From positions 1-40,005 of the forward strand of contig DASZKM010000099.1 of assembly GCA_035947055.1 (NCBI GenBank): a stretch of DNA of 40,005 nucleotides, in the 5' to 3' direction. The notes under the pieces are model-generated. The model had not been told where the DNA came from, searched no databases, and was given only the letters and a program-made list of their open reading frames with translations. Numbering within the stretch: position 1 is the stretch's first letter; each line of letters starts with the position of its first letter. The DNA comes from Actinomycetota bacterium (GTDB lineage Bacteria > Actinomycetota > UBA4738 > CALAEC01). The translations under genes and the position numbers were made by a program. Of the stretch, positions 26,583-35,061 are shown in pieces.

Positions 26583-27959
26583 GTGGAGGTTCTGGACACC
26601 TTCCTCGACGCCGTGGGGCGGACGCCGCTGGTTCGCCTGCGGGGATCGGTCCCCGGGGCCCGGCCCACGATCCTGGCGAAGCTGGAGATGCTCAACCCCG
26701 GGGGGAGCGTCAAGGACCGCATCGGGCTGCGGATGATCGAGGCCGCGGAGCGCGCGGGGAAGCTGAAGCCCGGAGGCACGATCGTGGAACCCACCTCCGG
26801 GAACACCGGACACGGCCTGGCCATCGCGGCAGCCATCAAGGGCTATCGGTGCATCTTCGTGATGCCCGACAAGATGAGCCAGGAAAAGGTGGCGCTGCTC
26901 CGCGCGTACGGCGCCGAGGTGGTCATCACTCCCACCGCCGTGGCGCCGGAATCCCCGGAGTCGTACTACCGCGTTGCCGACCGGCTGACCGAAGAGATCC
27001 CCGGTGCGTTCCAGCCCAACCAGTACTTCAACGCGGAGAACCCGGCCGCCCACTACGAGACCACCGGGCCCGAGATCTGGGAGCAGACCGCCGGGAAGAT
27101 CGACGTGCTGGTGGTCGGGGTGGGCACCGGTGGGACCATCACCGGTACGGGCCGATACCTCAAGGAGCAGAAGCCGGACATGGTGGTGGTGGGAGCCGAT
27201 CCGGAAGGCTCGGTGTTCTCCGGCGATGAGCCTCGCCCGTACCTCGTGGAAGGGATCGGCGAGGACTTCTGGCCGCAGACCTTCGATCCTTCCGTCGTCG
27301 ATCGTTACGTCCGGGTCTCGGACCGGGACTCGTTCGTGACGGCCCGGGCCATCACCCGGAAGGAAGGGATATTGGTCGGTGGGTCGTCCGGGACCGCGCT
27401 GTTCGCAGCCCTGGAGGTGGCCAAGGAGCTCGACGAGGACGCCACAATGGTGGTGGTCTTCCCGGACACGGGACGCAACTATTTGTCGAAGCTGTACTCG
27501 GAGACGTGGATGCTCCAGTACGGGTTCGTCGAACGCCCGGAGATCGTCCGGGTGGAGGAGGTGCTGGCCGCGAAGCACGGCGAGGTTCCGCCGCTGGTCT
27601 CCGTCGGCGCGCACGAGAAGGTCCGCCACGCCATCGACACCCTGCAGGAGTACGGGATCTCCCAGGCCCCCGTGAGCCGGCAGGAGTCGGACGAGGTGGC
27701 CGGCGTGGTGGGAAGCATCCAGGAGCGAGATCTGCTGGGACGGATCTTCCGCGACCCTGACGCGCTGCAAGCCGACGTGGCGGAGGTGATGGGCCCGCCG
27801 CTCCCCCTGGTCGAAGGTCGCGATCCCATCGAAGTGGCATTCGAGCACCTGCAGAACGCCACAGCCGTGCTGGTCACCCAGGACGGGCGGGCCCTGGGCG
27901 TGCTGACCCGGTCGGACCTCCTCGAATACCTGGCCCACCGGCGGCGGGTTGCTCCCTAG
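26583..27959 (+). CDS. cbs: cystathionine beta-synthase (PLP domain + CBS-pair)
   Basis: GRTPLVRL, LNPGGSVKDRIG, EPTSGNTGHGLA, GTGGTITG and LVEGIGEDFWP are present, plus a C-terminal CBS pair (GISQAPV...). Closely resembles mycobacterial Cbs. Confidence 0.9.
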   Translation: MEVLDTFLDAVGRTPLVRLRGSVPGARPTILAKLEMLNPGGSVKDRIGLRMIEAAERAGKLKPGGTIVEPTSGNTGHGLAIAAAIKGYRCIFVMPDKMSQEKVALLRAYGAEVVITPTAVAPESPESYYRVADRLTEEIPGAFQPNQYFNAENPAAHYETTGPEIWEQTAGKIDVLVVGVGTGGTITGTGRYLKEQKPDMVVVGADPEGSVFSGDEPRPYLVEGIGEDFWPQTFDPSVVDRYVRVSDRDSFVTARAITRKEGILVGGSSGTALFAALEVAKELDEDATMVVVFPDTGRNYLSKLYSETWMLQYGFVERPEIVRVEEVLAAKHGEVPPLVSVGAHEKVRHAIDTLQEYGISQAPVSRQESDEVAGVVGSIQERDLLGRIFRDPDALQADVAEVMGPPLPLVEGRDPIEVAFEHLQNATAVLVTQDGRALGVLTRSDLLEYLAHRRRVAP

Positions 27960-28603
27960 TGCGGTCGCTGGGGATCGACGTTGGAGTCCGGAAGGGGCTG
28001 GATCTCGTCCTGCTCGACGAGTCGCTCGAGCCGCGGGCGACGGCTCGAGGGGTGGACGTCACGGCCCTTCCGGACGTCGTCGAGAAGCTCCGGCCCGACG
28101 TGGTGGCCGTCGACGGGCCACCGCGGTGGGCGGCCCAGGGTAGGTCGCGGCGAGCCGAGCGGGATCTGCTTCGTCTGGGCATCCGCAGCTATGCCACACC
28201 GACGGCCGCGAGAGGCATCGGCCATCCGTTCTACGAATGGGTTCGGGTGGCCATCGAAGTGTTCCGAGTCACGGAGGGCCGGGGGTATCCGCTCGGAGGC
28301 CCGGGCCCCGCCACAGAGCGCTCCATCGAGGCGTTCTCCCACGCCAGTGCCGTGGTCCTGGCCGGCATGCTGCCGCCGCCGGGCACGTCGAAGCTGCGGT
28401 GGCGCCGCGACATCCTGCGGGCGAACGGCGTCCGGGTCGAAGCCTTGCGCTCGTCGGACCAGGTGGATGCCGCGCTGGCCGCGCTCACCGGGATAGCCGC
28501 GCTCCGCGGCCGCACCGTCGCCGTCGGAGATCCGCTCGACGGGTTCATCGTGTTGCCGGTGCCCGAGCTTCCCGCCGGCCGCTACGCTCGGGGTCCGGCA
28601 TGA
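27959..28603 (+). CDS. DUF429-like protein (predicted RNase H-fold)
   Basis: The GTG overlaps the cbs TAG by 1 nt, and the stop overlaps the metB ATG (ATGA). SLGIDVGVRKGLDLVLL...VAVDGPPRW...RRAERDL pattern. Confidence 0.6.
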   Translation: MRSLGIDVGVRKGLDLVLLDESLEPRATARGVDVTALPDVVEKLRPDVVAVDGPPRWAAQGRSRRAERDLLRLGIRSYATPTAARGIGHPFYEWVRVAIEVFRVTEGRGYPLGGPGPATERSIEAFSHASAVVLAGMLPPPGTSKLRWRRDILRANGVRVEALRSSDQVDAALAALTGIAALRGRTVAVGDPLDGFIVLPVPELPAGRYARGPA

Positions 28604-29766
28604 GCGACGACCGTTTCGAGACCAGGGCCATCCACGCGGGACAGGAACCCGAGCCCCTGCACGGCGCCGTGAACGTTCCCATCTACCAGACCTCGACGTA
28701 CGCCCAGGAGGGCGTGGGGCGCCCCAAGCGGTTCGACTACGCGCGGGGAGGCAACCCCACCCGGGAAGCGCTCGAGGTCGCGCTGGCCTCCCTGGAGGGC
28801 GGCATGCATGGGCTGTGCTTCGCCTCGGGCATGGCCGCCGAGTCGACGCTCCTCCTGTTGCTGGCCCCGGGCGATCACGTGGTCATCCCCGACGACGTGT
28901 ACGGCGGCACCTACCGCCTCCTGGCCCGGGTCCTGTCGGACTGGGGCGTGGCCTTCGACACCGCCGATCTGACCGATCCGGACGCGCTGCGCAAGGCCGT
29001 CCGCGATGAGACGAAGGTGGTGTGGGTGGAGACTCCCACCAACCCGCTTCTCAAGGTGATCGACATCGCCGAGGCCGCCGAGGTGGCCCACGAAGCCAGG
29101 GCCCGATGTGTAGTGGACAACACGTTCGCCACGCCGTACCTCCAGCGGCCGCTCGAGCTTGGCGCCGACGTCGTCGTCCACTCGGTGACGAAATATCTCG
29201 GCGGACACTCCGACCTGGTCGGCGGGGCCCTGGTTCTCAACGACGATGAGATGGCGGAGCGACTGCGGTTCCTGCAGAACGCGCTGGGTGCGGTCCCCGG
29301 CCCGATGGATTGCTACCTGGCACTGAGGGGGGTCAAGACCCTGGCTGTTCGCATGGAGGCGCACTGTCGCGGCGCCCGACAGGTGGCGGAGTTCCTGGAC
29401 TCCCACCCCAAGGTCGAGCGCGTCCATTACCCCGGGCTAGCCACCGATCCGGGCCACGACGTGGCAGCCCGGCAGATGCGCGACTTCGGGGGGATGGTCT
29501 CGTTCGAGATGGGAAGCGCGGAGGAAGCGGTACGAGTGGCGGAGTCCACCCGCCTGTTCTTCCTCGGGGAGTCGCTCGGAGGCGTGGAGTCACTGGTCGA
29601 GGTCCCCGGCCCGATGACCCACGCCAGCGTGGCCGGCTCACCGCTGGAGGTGCCTCCCGCCCTGATCCGCCTGTCCGTGGGGATCGAGCACCCCGACGAT
29701 CTGGTGGAGGACCTGGCCCACGCCCTGGAGGCGCAGGGCAGGTCGGACATGTCGCCCGGCGACTAG
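28600..29766 (+). CDS. metB: cystathionine gamma-lyase/gamma-synthase (Cys/Met PLP family)
   Basis: FETRAIHAGQEP, YARGGNPTR, VVHSVTKYLGGHSD (PLP Lys) and RLSVGIEHPDDL are present. Confidence 0.9.
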   Translation: MSDDRFETRAIHAGQEPEPLHGAVNVPIYQTSTYAQEGVGRPKRFDYARGGNPTREALEVALASLEGGMHGLCFASGMAAESTLLLLLAPGDHVVIPDDVYGGTYRLLARVLSDWGVAFDTADLTDPDALRKAVRDETKVVWVETPTNPLLKVIDIAEAAEVAHEARARCVVDNTFATPYLQRPLELGADVVVHSVTKYLGGHSDLVGGALVLNDDEMAERLRFLQNALGAVPGPMDCYLALRGVKTLAVRMEAHCRGARQVAEFLDSHPKVERVHYPGLATDPGHDVAARQMRDFGGMVSFEMGSAEEAVRVAESTRLFFLGESLGGVESLVEVPGPMTHASVAGSPLEVPPALIRLSVGIEHPDDLVEDLAHALEAQGRSDMSPGD

Positions 29767-31697
29767 CGTTTCCGCCGCTTCGCCGAGGTCACCGGCTCGA
29801 TGGGCGCGTAGCCCGCAGCCTTGTCCGGTGCCAGCTGCTGATCGAAGTGACCCTTCTCCTCGGTGGCCTCCAGCGTGGCCCCCTCGGCGAATCGAGGCGG
29901 CTCCTGTCCCTCCCGGAGCACCTGGAAGACCTTCAGCCGCTCGGTCTTCCCCTTCACGTGCAGCGGTGGCAGCGGGGCGAGACGGAGGTCGCCATCCAGT
30001 AGGTTCGCTGTCCGCTCGGTGACCACCACCTGGCCCGGGCCCGCCACGCCGCAGATCCGGCTCGCGGTGTTCACCGTGTCGCCGATAACCGTGTAGTCCA
30101 GCCGCTCGGTGGACCCGATGTTGCCAACCACCGCCTCCCCGGTGGAGATGCCCACCCCGCATCCCTGCACCTGGAGCCCCGCCGTCTCGCCGCGGGCCAC
30201 GGCCCGCTCGATGTAGTCCAGCATCCGCATCGCGGCCCGGACCGCGCGCTGGGCGTGCTGCGGCTCGGCTCTGGGCGCGCCCCAGAAAGCCATGACGCAG
30301 TCCCCCATGAACTTGTCGATGGTCCCCCGTTCCTCGTTCACCGCGCGGACCATGGCGTCGAGATACGCGTTGAGCGCCTTGACCACCTCGGTCGGCTCCG
30401 CGCCCTCGGATGCTGCGGTGAACCCACGAAGGTCGGCGAACAGAACGGACAGCGGGCGTGACGCGCCTTCCAATGTGGCCAATGCACGCTCCGGAGCCGA
30501 CAGGACCTCCTCCACCACGTCCTTTGCCACGTACCGGCCGAACACGCGCGTGACCCGGCGGCGTTCTCGCTCCTCGGTGAAGTACCGGACGCTGAGCGCG
30601 GCGATGTACGCGACGAGGACCGCCAGCGCCGGGTAGACGAGGTTCATCACGTTGCCCTCATCGAAACGGCGAAACGCCACCATGAAGTACGCCGCTCCGA
30701 TAGCCAGCGCCGCGATCGGCGACAGCCACACCCGGACAAACGCAACGATGAGCGCGACCAAGAGGGCCACCACCGCCGCCCACGCCACCGTCGCACCGCG
30801 GGCGGCGGGGAACAGGAACCGCCCGCTGACCATGGTGTTCAGCGCGTTGGCGTGGACCATCACCCCCGGTTGGCCGGTGGACTTGTCCAGCGGAGTGAGC
30901 CGCAGATCGCCCAAGCCAAGGGCTGTGGCCCCGACCAGCACGATCTTCCCTCGGAACGCGTGGACCGGAAGCGTGCCGTCGATGACGTCGGACACCGAAT
31001 AGACGGGGAACCCCTCCGCGTAGTTCACCTCCAGGAGGTGTCCTCGGCCCGTTGGGATCAGCGCGCTTCCTACCTGTACCCCGTCGGGTCGGAGGATCGG
31101 TGGGCCCTCGAGGCCTTGATCGAGTTGGAAGAGGGCGAAGGACAGTCCGGACAGGAACTGGCGGTCGGGCGTCTCGATCACCGGGGGGAGCGCCCGGACG
31201 ATGCCGTCGGGGTCGGGGATCACGTTGGCGTGCGCCACTGCGGCGGCGGCGGCGGCCAGCTCTGGGATCGGCACCTCCAGGGTCGCGGCGCGGGGCACGT
31301 CGCCGAGACGCTGGTCGAAGGAGGCATTGCCCGCCAGGACCACGTTTCCCGCTTCACCGATCGCTCGGGCCAGGTCGGCGTCCTGTGCGGGGTCACTCGG
31401 TTCGCTGAAGGTGACGTCGTACCCGATGAGCGCAGCCCCGCCCTTGCGGAGGGCGTCGATGAGCCGGGCGTGCACCGATCGGTCCCACGGCCACCGGCCG
31501 ATCGCATCCAGGCTTCGCTCGTCAGCCGCCACGACCACGATGCGCGGGTCGGCGGCCACCGCGGGGAACAGGCCATCGGTCAGTCGAAGCTGAGCGTTCT
31601 GAAAGATGCCTGCCGAGATCCCGCTCCAGGTGAGAACGCCAACGGCCGCCGCGATCAGGGCGGAGGTAACGAGACGGAAGGCGGGTGTGCGCTTCAA
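29763..31697 (-). CDS. CHASE2 sensor / multi-TM / class III adenylate cyclase
   Basis: N-terminal TM, then a CHASE2-like ectodomain (RIVVVAADERSLDAIGRWPWDRSVHARLIDAL...VGATALGLGD...). Three TM helices follow. The cyclase domain has FADLRGFT, DKFMGDCVMAFWGAP and YTVIGDTVNTASR. TTG start. The stop shares CTAG with the metB stop. Confidence 0.85.
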   Translation of the reverse strand: MKRTPAFRLVTSALIAAAVGVLTWSGISAGIFQNAQLRLTDGLFPAVAADPRIVVVAADERSLDAIGRWPWDRSVHARLIDALRKGGAALIGYDVTFSEPSDPAQDADLARAIGEAGNVVLAGNASFDQRLGDVPRAATLEVPIPELAAAAAAVAHANVIPDPDGIVRALPPVIETPDRQFLSGLSFALFQLDQGLEGPPILRPDGVQVGSALIPTGRGHLLEVNYAEGFPVYSVSDVIDGTLPVHAFRGKIVLVGATALGLGDLRLTPLDKSTGQPGVMVHANALNTMVSGRFLFPAARGATVAWAAVVALLVALIVAFVRVWLSPIAALAIGAAYFMVAFRRFDEGNVMNLVYPALAVLVAYIAALSVRYFTEERERRRVTRVFGRYVAKDVVEEVLSAPERALATLEGASRPLSVLFADLRGFTAASEGAEPTEVVKALNAYLDAMVRAVNEERGTIDKFMGDCVMAFWGAPRAEPQHAQRAVRAAMRMLDYIERAVARGETAGLQVQGCGVGISTGEAVVGNIGSTERLDYTVIGDTVNTASRICGVAGPGQVVVTERTANLLDGDLRLAPLPPLHVKGKTERLKVFQVLREGQEPPRFAEGATLEATEEKGHFDQQLAPDKAAGYAPIEPVTSAKRRKR

Positions 31698-31765
31698 CCG
31701 GGGGTCACCGGGCGAGCGATTCGGAGGTGAAGGTCACGGCGGCCGAGTCTATCCCCGGCCGCTGC

Positions 31766-32980
31766 TCACCGCGGCTCGGGGCAAAAGCCCAGGATGACCG
31801 CCTCCGCCCGGAGGTTTTGGCACGGATCGGGACAGAGACCGAGCGATCCGAAGTCGCACGGATCCGGCTCGGGCTCGCAATGGCCGAGCGGTCCGAAGCC
31901 GTCAATCACGGGGCAGTCATGGGGCGCCCGCGGTGGCGCATCGCAGGCGTCGCCGTATCCATCGCCGTCGGAGTCGGTCTGATCCGGGTTCGCCGCTCCG
32001 TTGCAGTTGTCCGTGTCGTCGGGCACCCCATCCTGGTCACTGTCCAGAGGCTGGACCGGCGGAGGCGGCGGAGGCGGCGGAGGCGGTGGAGGCGGCCCGG
32101 GCGGCGGGCCTCCACCGGGCCCGTCTGGCTCATTACCGCCCCCGATCTTCTCGGGGACCTGGACCGCTGGCAACTCCACGGACGTCTCCGAGGACGAGAA
32201 CCTCCTTGCCCTCGGCCGGTCCTCTTCTTCTTCTTCCTGGCCGCCGTTCACCGCCGGGTCGGACGGGCAGAACGGCACACCCTCCTCCTCGAGCGTGCAC
32301 AGGTTCAGAAGCGTCCACGGGTCGAGCAGTTCCTCATCCGTGAGATCGAACGGATCCCCGGCCCGGCCATCGCCGAACACCTGCAGGCCCTGACCCTCCG
32401 TGACGACGACCTCGGTTCCGTCCTGCAGGATGACTACGACCTCGCTGAGCCCCGGCGTGTCATCGGGAAGAACCCACACGAGGAACCCGCCGTCCGGCAG
32501 GAGGACCAGGATCCAATCCGTGCCGCGGACCGAAGCCGTGGCTGTGGGGGTGATGACATCGAACCGGCTCTCGGAGTCGGTGATCTCCGTCACCCGCTGG
32601 AAGGTGCGGCCTTCGCTCTGGGTCGCCTCGATGACCTTGCTGTCCGGGATCTCCGGGTCGCTGGAGAGCTCACGGAGGGCGAACGTCGTGTCGTGGTCTA
32701 GACGAGTGATGCTGCCGTCGAAGTACTCGATCTCCGCGAGCCCATCCGATCCCGTCCGCACCGTGTCCCCGGCCCGAAGCGCCTGACCCTCCGCACCGGC
32801 TGCGAAACCCCCTTCACCCGCCTTCTGTACCTCGACGACGCCTTCCAGAGGGTGCAGGGTGGCGAATTCCTTCGCCGTGGCCGGGCCGGCGGTGACCACC
32901 ACGAGAACGGCGAACAACGCCACCACCGCGGCCGCGGTGAAGCCGGCGATCCACTGGTTCTTTCGGGAGCCCAAGAGCAC
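31766..32980 (-). CDS. membrane-anchored FecR-domain protein 1: poly-Pro tract, TSP type-3 Ca-binding repeat, Cys-rich tail
   Basis: GTG start and one N-terminal TM. FecR-like blocks are present ([31 protein letters not shown]). P17-like tract at aa 292-308. DSDQDGVPDDTDNCNGAANPDQTDSDGDGYGDACD at aa 313-347. The last 50 aa contain eight Cys. Confidence 0.75.
   Translation of the reverse strand: MLLGSRKNQWIAGFTAAAVVALFAVLVVVTAGPATAKEFATLHPLEGVVEVQKAGEGGFAAGAEGQALRAGDTVRTGSDGLAEIEYFDGSITRLDHDTTFALRELSSDPEIPDSKVIEATQSEGRTFQRVTEITDSESRFDVITPTATASVRGTDWILVLLPDGGFLVWVLPDDTPGLSEVVVILQDGTEVVVTEGQGLQVFGDGRAGDPFDLTDEELLDPWTLLNLCTLEEEGVPFCPSDPAVNGGQEEEEEDRPRARRFSSSETSVELPAVQVPEKIGGGNEPDGPGGGPPPGPPPPPPPPPPPPPVQPLDSDQDGVPDDTDNCNGAANPDQTDSDGDGYGDACDAPPRAPHDCPVIDGFGPLGHCEPEPDPCDFGSLGLCPDPCQNLRAEAVILGFCPEPR
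32058..32093 (-). repeat. 9-nt tandem repeat x4 (GGCGGAGGC on + strand) encoding the poly-proline tract
   Basis: GGCGGAGGC GGCGGAGGC GGCGGAGGC GGTGGAGGC read directly. It is in frame within the FecR-1 CDS. Confidence 0.9.
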
Positions 32981-32988
32981 GCGGGCGG

Positions 32989-32994
32989 AGTGTA
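32989..32994 (-). promoter_or_regulatory. candidate -10 hexamer TACACT, 8 nt before the FecR-1 GTG (leaderless-type)
   Basis: CCGATACACT is conserved upstream of FecR-1 and FecR-2. There is no SD. Confidence 0.35.
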
Positions 32995-33053
32995 TCGGGG
33001 AGCCGGGCAGCCGCTAATAGCCCTTTGGGGCCATTTTCGGCGTAGTTACCTGC

Positions 33054-34169
33054 TCACCCCGATGGAGGGGGCGGGATCGGAGGGGTTTCCTCCGGGCTGT
33101 CGCACGCATCGCCGAACCCGTCCCCATCGGAGTCCTGCTGGTCGGGGTTGGAGACCGACACACAGTTGTCACGGGCGTCGGGTACCCCGTCCCCGTCGCT
33201 GTCGGGAGGTGCGGGTGGTGGCGGGGGTGGAGGACCGGGAGGGGGAGCGGGAGGACCCGGGGAAGGATTACCACCGCCGGTCCCTCGTCCGCCCGCGCCG
33301 CCATTCGGGTTGCCATCGTCCGTTGCGACCGGGTCTGTTTCCCCGGGGCTCTCCTCTGGGAACGGGGATGGGGGCGTCTCGAGATCCGGGGTGTTGTCTC
33401 GTGGGCGCTTCGCCTCGTCGTTACTCCTCGGGGGCTGCTCTTCGCCGCTCCCCAAGCACTCCGTCAGCCGCGCGGCCTCGAGACACCGGTTCAGCTGGGT
33501 CCAGGGGTCCTCCAGCTGGCCCGGCCCCAGGTCGAAGAGCTCGCCGGCACTGCCGTCCGGAAACACCATCAACCCCTGGTTCTCCTGGACGACGATCGAG
33601 GATCCGTCTAGCAGGACGATGACCAGTTCGCTGAGCTGATCCGGGTCGTCATCCGGCAGAACCCACACCACGAACCCACCGCTGGGAAGCGACGTCAGGA
33701 TCCAGGAGGTTCCCCGAACCGATGCAGTGGCGGTGGGAGTGGTGACGTCGAACCGGCTCTCGGAATCCGTGATCTCGGTGACGCGCTGGAAGGTTCGTCC
33801 GGCGCTTTGAGCAGCCGTGATGAGCTTGCTACCCGGGATCCCCGGCAGGCTGGAGAGTGCACGCAGGGTAAAGCTCGTGTCGTGGTCGAGCCGCGTCAGG
33901 CTGCCATCGAAGTAGGCGATCTCTGCGAGGCCGTTCGGCCCGGTTCGTACCGTGTCCCCCGCCCGCAGCGTCTGTCCGTCGGAGGCCGGGACAGCGGATG
34001 GTTCACCCCTCCCCTGGACTTCGACGTGGCCCGCAAGGGTGCGGAGGGTAGCGAACTCCTTCGCCGTGGCGGGCCCGGCCGTGAGCACGACGGCGGCGAG
34101 GATCACCGCGAGAACACCGATCGACGCGGTCGCCGCTACCCGGGCGCGCTTGGACTCCAGAACGGCCAC
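33054..34169 (-). CDS. membrane-anchored FecR-domain protein 2: Pro-rich tract and TSP type-3 repeat
   Basis: Collinear with FecR-1 for ~228 aa. [35 protein letters not shown] at aa 323-357. Confidence 0.75.
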   Translation of the reverse strand: MAVLESKRARVAATASIGVLAVILAAVVLTAGPATAKEFATLRTLAGHVEVQGRGEPSAVPASDGQTLRAGDTVRTGPNGLAEIAYFDGSLTRLDHDTSFTLRALSSLPGIPGSKLITAAQSAGRTFQRVTEITDSESRFDVTTPTATASVRGTSWILTSLPSGGFVVWVLPDDDPDQLSELVIVLLDGSSIVVQENQGLMVFPDGSAGELFDLGPGQLEDPWTQLNRCLEAARLTECLGSGEEQPPRSNDEAKRPRDNTPDLETPPSPFPEESPGETDPVATDDGNPNGGAGGRGTGGGNPSPGPPAPPPGPPPPPPPAPPDSDGDGVPDARDNCVSVSNPDQQDSDGDGFGDACDSPEETPPIPPPPSG

Positions 34170-34176
34170 GAGCCGA

Positions 34177-34182
34177 AGTGTA
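34177..34182 (-). promoter_or_regulatory. candidate -10 hexamer TACACT, 7 nt before the FecR-2 GTG (leaderless-type)
   Basis: Same CCGATACACT motif as upstream of FecR-1. Confidence 0.35.
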
Positions 34183-34240
34183 TCGGTCCGGCCCTACAAG
34201 GGCCGACTGGTCACGCGACCGGTGGGCCTGTCCCCAATGC

Positions 34241-34930
34241 CTACGGAAGACCGGCGGACGTTCCCCCGGCGGACGTTCCCACGTCGCTGTCGCCGTCCCC
34301 GTTCCAATCACCGTCGACGTCTCCGTCCCAGCCGCCGACGCGCTCACCGTCGCCATCCCAGTCGCCATCGACGTCCCCGTCCCAGTTGTCGGGCTGGACG
34401 TTCTCTCGATTGCCCTCGTGGTTGTCCTTGCACGGCTTGCAGATGCACTTGCCATAGAAGTCCTTGCACCTGTCCGGGCAGCCGTCTCCCTCTCCTCGCC
34501 GTTCTGGCCGGTCGCAGGCGTCTCCGAAGCCGTCGCCATCCGAGTCGTGCTGCTCGGAGTTCGGGGCGGTGCGGCAGTTGTCTTCACCATCAGGAACGCC
34601 GTCCCCGTCCTGGTCGCCGGGGCCCTGCTGGAACCTGGTCGCGCCAGACGAGGCCGTTCCCGTGGTCCCGGCGTACCCGGACGAGCCCGAGGAGGACGCA
34701 GTGGCTACCGGCGTTCCTGCCGTCGTCCCGCTCTCGGACCCGGATGATGCGATCAATGCCTGAGAGGCGAGGAAGGCATCCGACGTGAGATCGGCAACGC
34801 CTTCCGATCCCCGGTCGACCATGCCGGGAGCCGGGCCTGCCCCGAAGACAACCGTGGCATAGACGACCGAAACGGCGGAGAAAGCTGCGAGTCGTGCGAG
34901 AAGCGAGCGCTTCCTGGATGGCGCGGACAT
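34241..34930 (-). CDS. secreted Ser/Thr/Gly-rich protein with TSP type-3 repeat, Cys-rich knot and Asp-Gly-Trp repeats
   Basis: ATG lies 6 nt after AAGGAGG. N-terminal signal/anchor. [53 protein letters not shown]. Two WDGDVDGDW(D/N)GDG(E/D) units. Confidence 0.7.
   Translation of the reverse strand: MSAPSRKRSLLARLAAFSAVSVVYATVVFGAGPAPGMVDRGSEGVADLTSDAFLASQALIASSGSESGTTAGTPVATASSSGSSGYAGTTGTASSGATRFQQGPGDQDGDGVPDGEDNCRTAPNSEQHDSDGDGFGDACDRPERRGEGDGCPDRCKDFYGKCICKPCKDNHEGNRENVQPDNWDGDVDGDWDGDGERVGGWDGDVDGDWNGDGDSDVGTSAGGTSAGLP
34289..34384 (-). repeat. two ~16-codon direct repeats encoding WDGDVDGDW(D/N)GDG(E/D)
   Basis: aa 183-196 and 201-214 of the 34241-34930 product. Visible on the + strand as repeated ccgtcgacgtc(t/c)ccgtccca. 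Confidence 0.8.
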
Positions 34931-34963
34931 GGCAGTCCTCCTTATGTGGGCGCTAGCCCCATG

Positions 34964-34993
34964 ACGCTACCCAGCCGAACGACTGAAGGTCAA
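34964..34993 (-). promoter_or_regulatory. sigma-70-like promoter for the TSP3 gene (-35 TTGACC, 18-nt spacer, -10 TAGCGT)
   Basis: Read on the minus strand in the 131-nt gap after FecR-3. It leaves a ~30-nt leader carrying AAGGAGG. Confidence 0.4.
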
Positions 34994-35061
34994 GCGTCCG
35001 ACAGTCGCAGGCCGACGTATTTCGCGCGCCGGGCGACGGATTCGCCCTAATTGTGCGGGTC

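Noticed and set aside
32058-32093. Short tandem GGC-rich repeats here and at about 33211-33250, considered as possible CRISPR-like or non-coding microsatellite arrays.
   Set aside because: They are in frame inside the FecR genes and encode poly-proline. There are no spacer-repeat periodicity and no cas genes.
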